From Rubripirellula sp. (lineage in GTDB: Bacteria; Planctomycetota; Planctomycetia; Pirellulales; Pirellulaceae), in NCBI GenBank assembly GCA_965216875.1, contig OZ244207.1, forward strand, positions 1,120,001-1,184,000: a DNA stretch of 64,000 nucleotides, in the 5' to 3' direction. Both the position numbers and the translations under genes were made by a program. How positions within the stretch are numbered: position 1 is the first letter of the stretch; each line of letters opens with the position of its first letter. Shown one piece after another: positions 39,554 to 49,271 of this stretch. The notes beneath the pieces were generated by a model. It did not search any database and had not been told where the DNA came from. It saw only the letters and a program-made list of their open reading frames with translations.

Positions 39554-40553
39554 TCTTGGCTACCGCCGCTGGGATGGCGACCGTATGCCGCGCATCCTGC
39601 GGCCGCTTGACGTTGCTCGCAGTGGTATCTCGCTGATTTGGAAAAAGCGTGCGCTGCGTTTGATGCTGATGCTCTCTTGGCTTCCGGTGTTGCTTCCGGC
39701 AATGGCGATTTTCGCGTTCGAGTACTCGACCACAAGTCGTGAAGCGAGCACGTTCATGCGGGGAATGCTTGGCAATCCCTTCGTTGGTCAGTACGACCTT
39801 GCGGCGATGGCGTCACAGGACCCATCGAGTGCGCGTCATGATGTTTGGGCGACGTTGATCCTTTTCTTTTTCCGGTACCCGCAGCTCAGTGTGATGGTCC
39901 TGTTGGTAGGGCTTATCGCACCGGCATTGATCTCTTATGACCTGCGTACCAAGGCCTACTTGCTTTACTTTTCGCGGCCGCTGACACCCCTTGAATACAT
40001 CCTTGGCAAGTCGGCTGTGATTTGGTTTTTCCTTTTCATGGTTGTGACGCTGCCGGCGATAGGTGCCTATTTTGTTGGCGTGATGCTGTCGCCTGACTTG
40101 TCGGTGGTGGCTGATACCTGGGATATACCGCTGCGCATTTTGGGGGCGACCGTTGTCTTGGTCGTGCCTGCCACCGCGATTGCTCTTTGCTATTCTGCGT
40201 TCACTGGCGAAAGTCGTTACGCCATGTTCGCATGGTTTGCGACTTGGGTCATGGGTTTCGTTTCGTATCAGATCTTGACCTTTGCTGGAGCCCGTCGACC
40301 GAGGCCTGGGCCCCGCGGTCCGCGAGGTCGCCGTGGTCCGCCTGAAGAATTTCGTTGGGAAGACATCGGTGTCGATCTTGATCGGTTTCGACTGCTCTCG
40401 CCCTATCACACGTTGGGCAAGGTCGAAGCGTGGATCTTTGGGCTCGATCCGACACCCGGCAGTGTGGTGCCTGGGATGATCGTGCTCGTTGTCTTGACGG
40501 TTGCCGGTTACTGGATCGTTCGTCGACGCATCATCGCGAGGTTGAGTGTCTGA
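39540..40553 (+). CDS. ABC-2 type permease
   Basis: MPVHDLGYRRW, LLYFSRPL..YILGK, multiple TM helices; overlaps the ATPase gene. Confidence 0.85.
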   Translation: MPVHDLGYRRWDGDRMPRILRPLDVARSGISLIWKKRALRLMLMLSWLPVLLPAMAIFAFEYSTTSREASTFMRGMLGNPFVGQYDLAAMASQDPSSARHDVWATLILFFFRYPQLSVMVLLVGLIAPALISYDLRTKAYLLYFSRPLTPLEYILGKSAVIWFFLFMVVTLPAIGAYFVGVMLSPDLSVVADTWDIPLRILGATVVLVVPATAIALCYSAFTGESRYAMFAWFATWVMGFVSYQILTFAGARRPRPGPRGPRGRRGPPEEFRWEDIGVDLDRFRLLSPYHTLGKVEAWIFGLDPTPGSVVPGMIVLVVLTVAGYWIVRRRIIARLSV

Positions 40554-41491
40554 TGATGATGCAGCTTTCCAATGTCACGCGGCTCTACAAGAACGTGATT
40601 GGCGTCAACGATTTGAACATTGAGCTCCCCGCGGGCGCTTACGGACTGGTCGGGCCGAATGGTTCGGGAAAAACGACGTTGATCAACCTGTTGACTGGGC
40701 AGCTCAAGCCGACGATCGGGGCGGTTTCGGTTTTTGGCCGAACGCCTTGGAAGCACCGCGAACTGCTTCGCAACATGGGGCTTTGTCCTGCGACCGACGT
40801 GCTCTATCCCAACGTGTCGGCGCGTGAATGGGTGCGGTACCAGGTTCGACTGCATGGGTTTTCGCACGCCGAAAGTCGGCAGATGGCAGACGAAGCGCTC
40901 GAGATCGTCGGGATGAGTGATCGCATGCACCGTCCGATGGGAACGTATTCGCTGGGGATGCGGCAACGGGCCAAGATTGCCCAGGCGATCGCACACCGCC
41001 CCGACTTGTTGATTCTTGACGAGCCGTACAACGGACTGGATCCGGTCGGCCGCTACGAGATGACCGAACTGCTCAAGACATGGACAAAGGAAGGCAAGAG
41101 TTTGCTGTTTGCGAGTCACGTGTTGCACGAAATCGAGGCGATCACTTCATCGTTTCTGTTGATCTTTGGCGGACGGCTGCTCGCATCGGGGACGGCAAGT
41201 GAAATCGAAGGCATCCTCGCCGACACGCCGCAGGAAATCGCCTTGATCGGTCCCGACGTTCCGAAACTGATTCATCGACTGGCCGAGGAAACTTGGGTCG
41301 ACTCGCTGCAGCTGCAAGAGAACCGAACGTTGTTGAAGGTGGCACTTCGCGATCCTTCGCAATTGTTTAGCCGATTGGCAGGCTGGATTACGGAAGACAA
41401 CTTGCAGATCGATCGCTTTCAAACTGCCGATGGAAACTTGACGGCACTGTTTGAATCGTTGCTGCGGCATCATCGAGGAGAGACGCTATGA
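40553..41491 (+). CDS. ABC transporter ATP-binding protein
   Basis: GPNGSGKTT, YSLGMRQR, LLILDEPY, ASH. Confidence 0.92.
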   Translation: MMMQLSNVTRLYKNVIGVNDLNIELPAGAYGLVGPNGSGKTTLINLLTGQLKPTIGAVSVFGRTPWKHRELLRNMGLCPATDVLYPNVSAREWVRYQVRLHGFSHAESRQMADEALEIVGMSDRMHRPMGTYSLGMRQRAKIAQAIAHRPDLLILDEPYNGLDPVGRYEMTELLKTWTKEGKSLLFASHVLHEIEAITSSFLLIFGGRLLASGTASEIEGILADTPQEIALIGPDVPKLIHRLAEETWVDSLQLQENRTLLKVALRDPSQLFSRLAGWITEDNLQIDRFQTADGNLTALFESLLRHHRGETL

Positions 41492-42270
41492 ATCCTGCCT
41501 TGATGCTTGACGTGGTTCGTTTTGAACTTGCCCGTTCATTGACGGTTGGCCGCATCGCGATTTGGTTCGTGTTGACCGCGTTTCCGATTTTTCTGTCGGC
41601 CGGCATCCGTGTGATCGCGCAAGTCGCTCAGGCCAATGGCGGGCAAATCCATCCCGAGGAGTGGGGGCTGACCCTCTACTTCATGACCGAGGTGATCTGT
41701 TTGCTAAGTTTGCTGCTGTGGGCGACGCCGGTGATCAGCACCGAAATCGAAGGGCAAACGTGGATCTATCTGGCGATGCGTCGTTCCGGTCGATCGATGG
41801 TGCTGCTGGGTAAGTACCTGACCGCAATCATTTGGACGCTCGCCGCGACCCTCATATCAGTCACGGTATGCAGCCTCATCATGGCCCCGTTTGGCGGGTT
41901 TCGACTGTGGTCGGTGATGTGCATCGTCACCACTCTTTCTGTCGTTTCGCATGCAGCGCTTTATCTGCTGATCGGAACGCTGTTTTTCAAACGCACGATG
42001 GTGACTGCGGTTTTCTACACGCTGACGATCGAGTGGGGGATGTCGTTCGTGCCAGCGCTGGCTAACAAGATCACGATCAACTATCGGCTTCGCGGACTCC
42101 TCGCCGACTGGATGAATTGGGAAGAGGTGCGATCTCAGGCCGAAACGATCTTTGGCAATGAGCCCGCCTGGACGCATCTGTTGGTCCTCTTCGCCATTAC
42201 GGTCACCTTGATCGGTGTCGCTCTGTTCCGCATGGGGCACAGCGAATTCCCGACCGTGCAAGAGGCGTAG
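41488..42270 (+). CDS. ABC-2 type permease
   Basis: EIEGQTWIYLAMR..LLGKY, about six TM helices; ATGA coupling. Confidence 0.85.
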   Translation: MNPALMLDVVRFELARSLTVGRIAIWFVLTAFPIFLSAGIRVIAQVAQANGGQIHPEEWGLTLYFMTEVICLLSLLLWATPVISTEIEGQTWIYLAMRRSGRSMVLLGKYLTAIIWTLAATLISVTVCSLIMAPFGGFRLWSVMCIVTTLSVVSHAALYLLIGTLFFKRTMVTAVFYTLTIEWGMSFVPALANKITINYRLRGLLADWMNWEEVRSQAETIFGNEPAWTHLLVLFAITVTLIGVALFRMGHSEFPTVQEA

Positions 42271-42284
42271 GCTGCCTTGACCTG

Positions 42285-42551
42285 GTAGGCCGGATCAAGG
42301 AGCGACAGCGACGCGGATCCGGCATGACCTACACGTTCGTAGCTACCTTCGCCAGAAGGTGGGTGTGTTGGTTGAGTGTGTTCCGCTGCTCCACGCTCTG
42401 GCGAGCGTAGCTACGTTGGGTCATGCGCGATTGGAGTCGAGTGTAGGGCCCGACGCTAGCGCGTTCGGCTCACTGTTTGTTGTGCCTAGGCGAAGGTAGC
42501 TACGTCTACGGGCTCTTCCGCCTAAAGGCGGGACTACGAACGCGGCTCACT
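42285..42551. repeat. Mosaic REP cluster (families C, F, B, A, D) between convergent genes
   Basis: C at 42285-42324, B doublet at 42339-42414, A at ~42446-42472, D half at ~42516-42541. Confidence 0.85.
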
Positions 42552-42556
42552 GGGGA

Positions 42557-43465
42557 CTAGACGCTTGCGGCAGCTGAGCCGAGGCCGAATGCGAACAGGG
42601 TTTGACGCAGGCTTTCTTCGGCGGCATCTTCCAGCGGGGTCATTGGCAAACGCAATTCGCCGGTATCGCGGCCGACCATCTTCATGGCAGCTTTGACTGG
42701 GATGGGGTTGGTTGCCAAGCCGAGCATGTTGTTGCACAGTGCAAACAAACGGTGGTGCAGCTCGCGAGCCTTTTCGAAATCGCCGGCGGCGGCCGCTTGG
42801 ACCAGTTCCAACATCGGTGCGGGGACCAAGTTGGCAACGACCGAAATCACACCCTCGGCTCCGACACTCATCATCGGCAGGGTGAGGGAATCGTCACCGC
42901 TGAGGACGGTCAAGTCCGTTGTGCCGGCGATGGCTGAGCATTGATCAAGTTTGCCGGTCGCTTCTTTGACCATGGTGATGCCGGGAACATCGGCAAGTCG
43001 CTGGATCGTGGCGACATCGATTTCTTTTCCGGTGCGTCCGGGAATGTTGTAAACACAAACCGGAATGTCGACCGCTTCGGCAACCGCTTTGAAGTGTTGG
43101 TAAAAACCTTCTTGGGTTGGCTTGTTGTAGTAGGGAGCGACTTGCAACGTTGCATCTGCACCTTCGGCTGCGGCTCGTTTGGTCAGCCGCAATGCTTCTG
43201 CGGTGCTGTTGCTGCCGGTACCGGCCATCACTTTCGCACGACCTGCAACCGACTGGATCACTTCGGCGATTACTTTGTCGTGTTCGTCGTGCGATAGGGC
43301 GGGGGATTCGCCCGTGGTCCCAACTGGAACGATGCAGTTGGTGCCAGCAGCGATTTGAAATTCGATTTGTTCGCGGAGGCGAGCGTAGTCGACTTCGCCG
43401 TCGGCAAATGGAGTGATGATCGCGACCGATAGTCCGGCAAAATCGGAACCCTTGCGTTGGGCCAT
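42557..43465 (-). CDS. dapA: 4-hydroxy-tetrahydrodipicolinate synthase
   Basis: [48 protein letters not shown]. Confidence 0.96.
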   Translation of the reverse strand: MAQRKGSDFAGLSVAIITPFADGEVDYARLREQIEFQIAAGTNCIVPVGTTGESPALSHDEHDKVIAEVIQSVAGRAKVMAGTGSNSTAEALRLTKRAAAEGADATLQVAPYYNKPTQEGFYQHFKAVAEAVDIPVCVYNIPGRTGKEIDVATIQRLADVPGITMVKEATGKLDQCSAIAGTTDLTVLSGDDSLTLPMMSVGAEGVISVVANLVPAPMLELVQAAAAGDFEKARELHHRLFALCNNMLGLATNPIPVKAAMKMVGRDTGELRLPMTPLEDAAEESLRQTLFAFGLGSAAASV

Positions 43466-43709
43466 GTCTCGTTCTCTATTCGGGTTGGCTTGCGTTTCCA
43501 CGGTATTCTACGGATTCGAGCGTTTCTCACCAGCGGGTGGCTGCCCGCCCGCAGCGACTCGGACGTCCTGTCAGCTCTATCCAGACCTGACTTGTCGCGG
43601 CCAGGTTCGATGTTTGTGGCATGAGACACCGATTCACACGCCGCAACGGTGCCCAGGTGCAATGTTGTTGCCACGGTTGTCCCCATGATGGTTGTGTCCC
43701 GGTTGTTCC

Positions 43710-43880
43710 CCTAGCGCGAAGGGCGGAACAAGGACTGCCGGGGTCGTAAGACCCCGGGCCTGGATTCGAATATTGACTCAGCCCGGAGGGCGGCACAATT
43801 CGAATCTGTCGCCCTCCGGGCTGAATCGATTCTTGTTCGTATTCCGGTGGCTCACGCCACCGGCAGGCATATGTCGGCCT
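43710..43880. repeat. Nested palindromic element (MITE/REPIN-like)
   Basis: CCGGGGTC-GTAA-GACCCCGG; TCAGCCCGGAGGGCGGCA...TGTCGCCCTCCGGGCTGA; CCGGTGGC-TCAC-GCCACCGG. Confidence 0.7.
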
Positions 43881-44022
43881 CCGGCCTAGGTACTCCACTA
43901 CGCCGACCAGTGGCGTGAGTTGCCGTGGCATTTTGACGGCCCCGCGGGCGTGACGCGCCAGCTCGTTCGGCAATGGTATGGCTGACAAGCTAAGATGACT
44001 CCCCGACACATCCACCACCGCC

Positions 44023-45204
44023 ATGGGAGCCTGCCTGATGCCCAAACCATTGTTCCTTTGCGTTGCCCTGCTGCTTACGTCCGTTTGCTCGGGCGATGAC
44101 GTTCCTGAATTCAAATGGCGAACGCAGGAGATCGACAAGATCTCCATCGGCTATGGATTGCAAATGGCCGACGTCAACGGTGACGGCAAGACGGACATCG
44201 TGTTGGCTGATAAGAAAACCATCCAGTGGTATGAGAGCCCAACGTGGGAAAAGCATGTAATCGTGTCTGACTTGACCAAGCGCGACAACGTTTGCATCAC
44301 TGCCCGAGATATTGATGGCGACGGTAAATGCGAAATCGCAGTTGGCGGCCAGTGGAACTTTCGAGAAACAATCAAAGACGGCGCGGTTTTCTATCTGATT
44401 CCTCCTGAAGACCGAACGCAGAAGTGGACGCCCGTCGAACTGCATCACGAACCGAGCGTTCATCGCATGCATTGGGTCAAGTCGCCGACCGATTTCAAAC
44501 TCGTCGTCAAACCACTTCGAGGGCGAGGCAGTGTGGATGGAGACGGGGCTGGCATTCGCGTTCTGGAATACCACGTCCCCGAGAATCAAAAGGGAGATTG
44601 GAAATACGATGTGATCTGTGAGTTCATGCACTTGTCACACAATTTCCACCCGGTGAATTGGGACGACGATCCTGAAGAGGAGTTGATCATCGCCGGCAAA
44701 GAGGGCGTTTGGCATTTCGATCGCGATCAGGGCAAGGGGGATTGGATCGCGACGCAATTGACCGATGAGTTCGCCGGTGAGATTCGCGACGGCAAACTTC
44801 CCAACGGCAAACGTTTCATCGTGACCATCGAGCCGATGCACGGCTTCAAGTCGGCCGTCTATGTCCAGCCTGACAACAAAGGCGACCGCTGGCAGCTCGT
44901 GAAAGTGCTTGACGAGCAATTGAAAGATGGGCACGCGATTGCAGTGGCCGATTATCTCGGTGTCGGCAGCGATCAGATCGTGGTTGGTTGGCGAGCGATG
45001 AACGCGCCCGGCGTTCCCGGCGTCAAGCTCTTCGCACCACTCGATTCGAATGGGGCGAAGTGGCGTCCGACGCAGCTGTCGGCGGAGGAAGTCGCGGTCG
45101 AAGACATCAAAGCCGCGGACTTGAACGGCGACGGAAAAGTGGACATCGTCGCCGCGGCAAGACAGACCAAGAATTTGGTCGTGTTCTTTAACGAGACGGA
45201 GTAG
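44023..45204 (+). CDS. Secreted FG-GAP/VCBS repeat protein
   Basis: Signal peptide; repeated DxNGDGKxDI calcium-loop motifs. Confidence 0.85.
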   Translation: MGACLMPKPLFLCVALLLTSVCSGDDVPEFKWRTQEIDKISIGYGLQMADVNGDGKTDIVLADKKTIQWYESPTWEKHVIVSDLTKRDNVCITARDIDGDGKCEIAVGGQWNFRETIKDGAVFYLIPPEDRTQKWTPVELHHEPSVHRMHWVKSPTDFKLVVKPLRGRGSVDGDGAGIRVLEYHVPENQKGDWKYDVICEFMHLSHNFHPVNWDDDPEEELIIAGKEGVWHFDRDQGKGDWIATQLTDEFAGEIRDGKLPNGKRFIVTIEPMHGFKSAVYVQPDNKGDRWQLVKVLDEQLKDGHAIAVADYLGVGSDQIVVGWRAMNAPGVPGVKLFAPLDSNGAKWRPTQLSAEEVAVEDIKAADLNGDGKVDIVAAARQTKNLVVFFNETE

Positions 45205-45214
45205 GGCGTCGACA

Positions 45215-45240
45215 TTGGGTGCGTGCTCGCACGCACCCAA
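45215..45240. terminator. Perfect hairpin between convergent genes
   Basis: TTGGGTGCGTGC-TC-GCACGCACCCAA. Confidence 0.55.
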
Positions 45241-45255
45241 CGCAATCGTTGCTCG

Positions 45256-46086
45256 CTACTCGATTGGGCGTTCTTCGCCTTTGTTGTTTCGCAAGAAGGG
45301 ATCGCGTTCCTGTTCGCCTTCGGCTGCCTTGAATTCGCGGAGCCAAATGTTTCGGAAACGCACAGGGTTGCCGTGATCCTGGAGCGAGATTGGGCCCGTT
45401 TCGCCATGCTTGCTGTACGCAGGAGGTCGGTTGTAGGGCGTGTCCCCTTTGAGCTCGAAGTGATTCAAGATCAAGACGCCGTTGTGAACCGCAGTGATGT
45501 AGGCGGGTGATTTGAGCGAGCCATCTTCGTTGAATCGCGGTGCAGTCCAAAAGATGTCGTAGGTGTTCCAGTCGCCCGGTTTGCGCATCGCATTGACCGC
45601 TGGTGGCGTTTGCTTGTAGATCGCGCCCGCTTGGCCATCAAAGTAGGTTTGGTTGTCGTACGAATCGAGCACTTGGATTTCGTAACGCCCCATCAAGAAG
45701 ACACCGCTGTTGCCGCGTCCTTGGCCGTTGCCTTTGACGGGCACGGGGGCTGACCATTCAATGTGCAGTTGGCAGTCGCCAAATTGGTCTTTGGTGACGA
45801 CCTGGCCCTTGCCGCTACTGACGATGCCATCTTTGACCGGCCAGTTTTCGCCGTTCTTCCACTTCGACATGTCAGTGCCGTCAAAAAGGATGATGGCATC
45901 CGATGGTGGCGAGGCGTTCGATTCGCCTGGATCGACGACGGCGGGTTCTTTCCATTTGATTCCGTTGAGGTATTCGTCTGCGGTGGCAGTGCTGACGACG
46001 GCTGTAAAGCAGGCAGTCATGATCGCAATCGTAAAGTGGCGGGCCGACATCGATAGGAAACCTTGGCTAAGGGGTGTTGAGGTCAT
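45256..46086 (-). CDS. DUF1080 (3-keto-disaccharide hydrolase-like) secreted protein
   Basis: ILFDG, FGDCQLHIEW, GNSGVF, YEIQVLDS, WNTYDI, ISLQDHGNPVRFRNIW. Confidence 0.9.
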   Translation of the reverse strand: MTSTPLSQGFLSMSARHFTIAIMTACFTAVVSTATADEYLNGIKWKEPAVVDPGESNASPPSDAIILFDGTDMSKWKNGENWPVKDGIVSSGKGQVVTKDQFGDCQLHIEWSAPVPVKGNGQGRGNSGVFLMGRYEIQVLDSYDNQTYFDGQAGAIYKQTPPAVNAMRKPGDWNTYDIFWTAPRFNEDGSLKSPAYITAVHNGVLILNHFELKGDTPYNRPPAYSKHGETGPISLQDHGNPVRFRNIWLREFKAAEGEQERDPFLRNNKGEERPIE

Positions 46087-46208
46087 GGGCAGGCGCGAGC
46101 GGAGGTCGCATTCCGCTAACGAAGTGGGGAAGTATGATTGGCCCGCGCACGCCGATCAAGCATGCCCCACACCAAACGATTTCAGCGCCATCGATCTGCG
46201 GCCAAGAA

Positions 46209-47111
46209 TCACGCCTGGGACGGACCATCGGAGTGCGAGCCGGGGCTTTTTGCAATTGCGATTGCGATTCCACCAATCACGGCCAAATTGGCTGCTAGTA
46301 ATCCAGCGATGACCGATGGCACTTTGGACACGCCGTAGCTGTGGATTTCAGTCGCATACGACGACGCCAAAACATACGAAAGTGCGATCATCCAAAACGC
46401 GACTGCGGCGACGGCACCGCCGCGAACCGATTGCCCAGCGGATGGACGGGATTGTGGCGGCATACTCAAAACCCACAAACCCGAAAGTGCGAGCGTGACG
46501 AGCGCGAACCCTTCACGAGGATCCCACCGCCAAGGTTGTCCCCAGCTGAATTGTGCCCACACGCATCCAAGCAGAACGCCGACTGCATAGAACGCGATCG
46601 CGCCTCGCAGCAAACGCCTTTCCCAGCGGCGGCAAGACAATTCCAACGCCGCCCTTCGCAATGAGCCAAGCAACGCAATCTGTGCCAACAGGTAAGCCAG
46701 CACCATACCAAGCAAGCCGCCAAGCAAAGCAAAAACGTGAAGCATCAACAGAAAACGCATCGGGCCGCTGACCAAACCCTCGATGCCGACGTCGGTCGTA
46801 GCGGGCGCTTCGACATCGACGTTGGACCTGCTGTAGTCGTTGGCGATGTTGGCCCAAGCCGATGTCTGTGATCCAAGCAGCAAACAAAAGAACAACATCG
46901 AGGCGGCGATCGAAACGAGCATCCGGAGTTTCCAAGAACGCACTGCTGGAGATGGCACCGTCGAATGGACGCTAGGGGCAGCGCGGGACAGTCGTCTTGC
47001 GATTTCGGCACAGGCTTGATCGGTTGGCATGGACGACAGCATGACATGAAGTGCATTGGAAACGGAGGCATCAAGTTCATCGCGGTACTTCACAGGATTG
47101 GAGTGATTCAC
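46209..47111 (-). CDS. Putative anti-sigma factor fused to a CcsA/CcmC-like WWD heme-handling domain
   Basis: GTG 1 nt after the sigma stop with a GAGAGG RBS; soluble N-terminus, TM helix and SAWA, then LHV, WAQFSWGQPWRWDPRE and IHSYG. Confidence 0.75.
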   Translation of the reverse strand: MNHSNPVKYRDELDASVSNALHVMLSSMPTDQACAEIARRLSRAAPSVHSTVPSPAVRSWKLRMLVSIAASMLFFCLLLGSQTSAWANIANDYSRSNVDVEAPATTDVGIEGLVSGPMRFLLMLHVFALLGGLLGMVLAYLLAQIALLGSLRRAALELSCRRWERRLLRGAIAFYAVGVLLGCVWAQFSWGQPWRWDPREGFALVTLALSGLWVLSMPPQSRPSAGQSVRGGAVAAVAFWMIALSYVLASSYATEIHSYGVSKVPSVIAGLLAANLAVIGGIAIAIAKSPGSHSDGPSQA

Positions 47112-47112
47112 T

Positions 47113-47649
47113 TTAAGCCTCTCGGTTTTCGGAGAACTCATGCGCGAGTGACTCGCGCAGATTGTTTCGTGCCTTGTAGAGCGCGGTCGAAACGGCGCTC
47201 TCGGAGATCTCGAGATAGGTCGCAATTCTCGCGTTGGACATGCCTTCGATGTGTCGTAACGCAAAGCACCTTGCTTGACGGTCAGGCAAGGCAGCGATCG
47301 CGGCTTGCATGATCGCAATTTGTTCGTCCACTTCGATGGAGCTGGAAAGGGGCGTTTCGACGGGATGTTGGTTTACATCAAGGGGTGACGGCGTCTTGCG
47401 GCGACGCAATTGATCGATCGCCCGAAGTGTCGTCATGTGACTCAGCAATCCAATCTCGGGAAGTTGATCGCTTTTCTGGGAATGCCGGTAAGCTTCGAGC
47501 AGCACTTCTTGGGTGATGTCCTCAGCCTCGGCGGCATCGTGCAGGATTCGGTAGGCCGCTCGGAATAGCTGTTTGCTGTGGTTCGATACGAGCTGCTGCC
47601 ATGTCACGGGTGGGCGCCAAGGAGTCGAGTGTTTCAGTGGGCGGTTCAA
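47113..47649 (-). CDS. ECF-type RNA polymerase sigma factor (start may be GTG 47607)
   Basis: Region 2 AYRILHDAAEAEDITQEV...RAIDQLRRR; region 4 LPDRQARCFALRHIEGMSNARIA...ALYKAR. Confidence 0.9.
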   Translation of the reverse strand: MNRPLKHSTPWRPPVTWQQLVSNHSKQLFRAAYRILHDAAEAEDITQEVLLEAYRHSQKSDQLPEIGLLSHMTTLRAIDQLRRRKTPSPLDVNQHPVETPLSSSIEVDEQIAIMQAAIAALPDRQARCFALRHIEGMSNARIATYLEISESAVSTALYKARNNLRESLAHEFSENREA

Positions 47650-47752
47650 AAGAGAATCGAGCGCCGACGACGAATGTCACCCCAAAACGAGAAAAAAGCG
47701 TGACGCAGCGTCGCGCTTCGATCAAATCGACGCGTGCACCTCGCGTCAGTCT

Positions 47753-47777
47753 GGAACGATCATCACGATCTTGCGTT
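47753..47777 (+). promoter_or_regulatory. Possible ECF-type promoter GGAAC-N16-CGTT upstream of the beta-barrel gene
   Basis: GGAAC at 47753-47757 and CGTT at 47774-47777. Confidence 0.35.
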
Positions 47778-47883
47778 GCCGATGATTGCTCCGGCAGTCG
47801 AGTGGTGTGCAGCGACGATGGTTGTTTTCAGAGCGTCAGAATGGAGTTTGACGTGTCGTTTTGGGGCGGATGGATCGTTAGAT

Positions 47884-49026
47884 ATGGCTGGGTCTCGTTA
47901 CCACTGGTTGTTGTTTGCATGCGGCATCGCGAGCCTGATCGTGCCGGCGTCGAAGTTGCAAGCCGGCGATGCGTCGGGCAACGTATCGATGGCATCGATC
48001 TGCGACGGGTATTCGTTTGGGTCCTGGCAGCTTCCCGCGCAAACCCCGGCCACCGCCCAAACTCTGCCGCAAGCCGCCATCGCCGCTCGCGCTGAACCTG
48101 CCATGGAGCGTCCTGTTTTGACGAAGCGGCTCAACCCGGTCACGCGTCGTTGGCGAGCAAACGCCGGATTCGAGTTTGGTTGGTTGCAGCCTCGCTTTTC
48201 TGAAAACGTTGCCGCCATCGTGACGAGGCCAACGGGGAATCGAGTCCTCGCGTATGACTTTGAACACGAATTGACGCCGCGCGTTTGGGTTGGCATTGAA
48301 AACTGCAATCGGGTCGGGCTCCGAGCCGGCTACTGGTACTTTGAAACCGACGCACCCACTGGCGTGTATCAGGCCACGGCTGGCTACGCCCCCATCTCAC
48401 GCACGATCGTTGGTGCATCGGGAGGACTGAGCCGAATGGCGGTTGCCAACGTCGGTGATGCGATGACGACCAACCATCATCTCGAAGCAAAAACGATCGA
48501 GCTTGAACTGACCAAACGGATCGTTCATCGGCGCGGCGATTGGACAGCAGCGCTGGGGCTACAGTACGCAAAGGTCGATCAGCGATCCCATGCGGTTGCG
48601 ACCGACGGTGTCGGAGCACTCACCGAACTCGTTTGTCAGGACATCCTGATCGACGGTTTCGGGCCAACGCTGGCAGCTGCGTGCAACCACCGCCTGTTTT
48701 GTTGCGATGGTCCGCTTCGCGGATTGGGCATTTACGGCCACGGACGAACGTCACTGTTGTTTGGACGGACGGAACAGGAGATCGTGTTGGTGACAGGGGG
48801 CGGAGCAGGGTTGGCCGAAGACGATCATCAGCAGGATAGTTTCCTGCCAATCATTTCGGTCGGCGGCGGCCTGCGTTGGATGAGTCAACCGCGTGGGTTT
48901 GGATCGATTGAGTTGAAGACCGGTTATCGCGGCGAAAGTTGGTTCAGTGTTGGCGGACCTTCCGATTTCGACAGCAACCTCGGATTCCACGGCGTCACCT
49001 TTTCGATCGCCTGGTGGCGCGCCTAG
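47884..49026 (+). CDS. Putative outer-membrane beta-barrel protein (Lpg1974/BBP7-like)
   Basis: Signal peptide, amphipathic beta-strands (PRVWVG, GLRAGYW, GFGPTL, GFHGVTFSIAW), aromatic C-terminus. Confidence 0.7.
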   Translation: MAGSRYHWLLFACGIASLIVPASKLQAGDASGNVSMASICDGYSFGSWQLPAQTPATAQTLPQAAIAARAEPAMERPVLTKRLNPVTRRWRANAGFEFGWLQPRFSENVAAIVTRPTGNRVLAYDFEHELTPRVWVGIENCNRVGLRAGYWYFETDAPTGVYQATAGYAPISRTIVGASGGLSRMAVANVGDAMTTNHHLEAKTIELELTKRIVHRRGDWTAALGLQYAKVDQRSHAVATDGVGALTELVCQDILIDGFGPTLAAACNHRLFCCDGPLRGLGIYGHGRTSLLFGRTEQEIVLVTGGGAGLAEDDHQQDSFLPIISVGGGLRWMSQPRGFGSIELKTGYRGESWFSVGGPSDFDSNLGFHGVTFSIAWWRA

Positions 49027-49049
49027 CAGCGCACGACCACGCTCCGCGT

Positions 49050-49271
49050 CGTTCGTAGGTCATGCTCTGCATGACGGCCGTTGGTATTGCGTGTTGGAGT
49101 GTGCAAGGGCCGGCCGCTTACGCGTTCGGCTCACCGTAACTACAGCCTCTGCCCGTAGCTACCTTCGCCAGAAGGTGGTTCGTGACGGCAGACCGCTATC
49201 CCTTTTCCCACGCTCTGGCGAGCGTAGCTACGAGAGATCTGCAAGGCCCGACGCTAGCGCGTTCGGCTCAC
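49050..49271. repeat. Mosaic REP cluster (families F, A variant, B doublet, A)
   Basis: GTAGGTCATGCTCTGCATGAC at ~49055; B doublet at 49155-49231; A at 49245-49271. Confidence 0.8.

Noticed and set aside
46209..47318. Housekeeping cytochrome c synthase ccsA
   Set aside because: It lacks the TM histidine, CcsB and the usual N-terminal helices, and is coupled to an ECF gene. The ORF-track extension 47112-47318 overlaps the sigma gene and is probably spurious.
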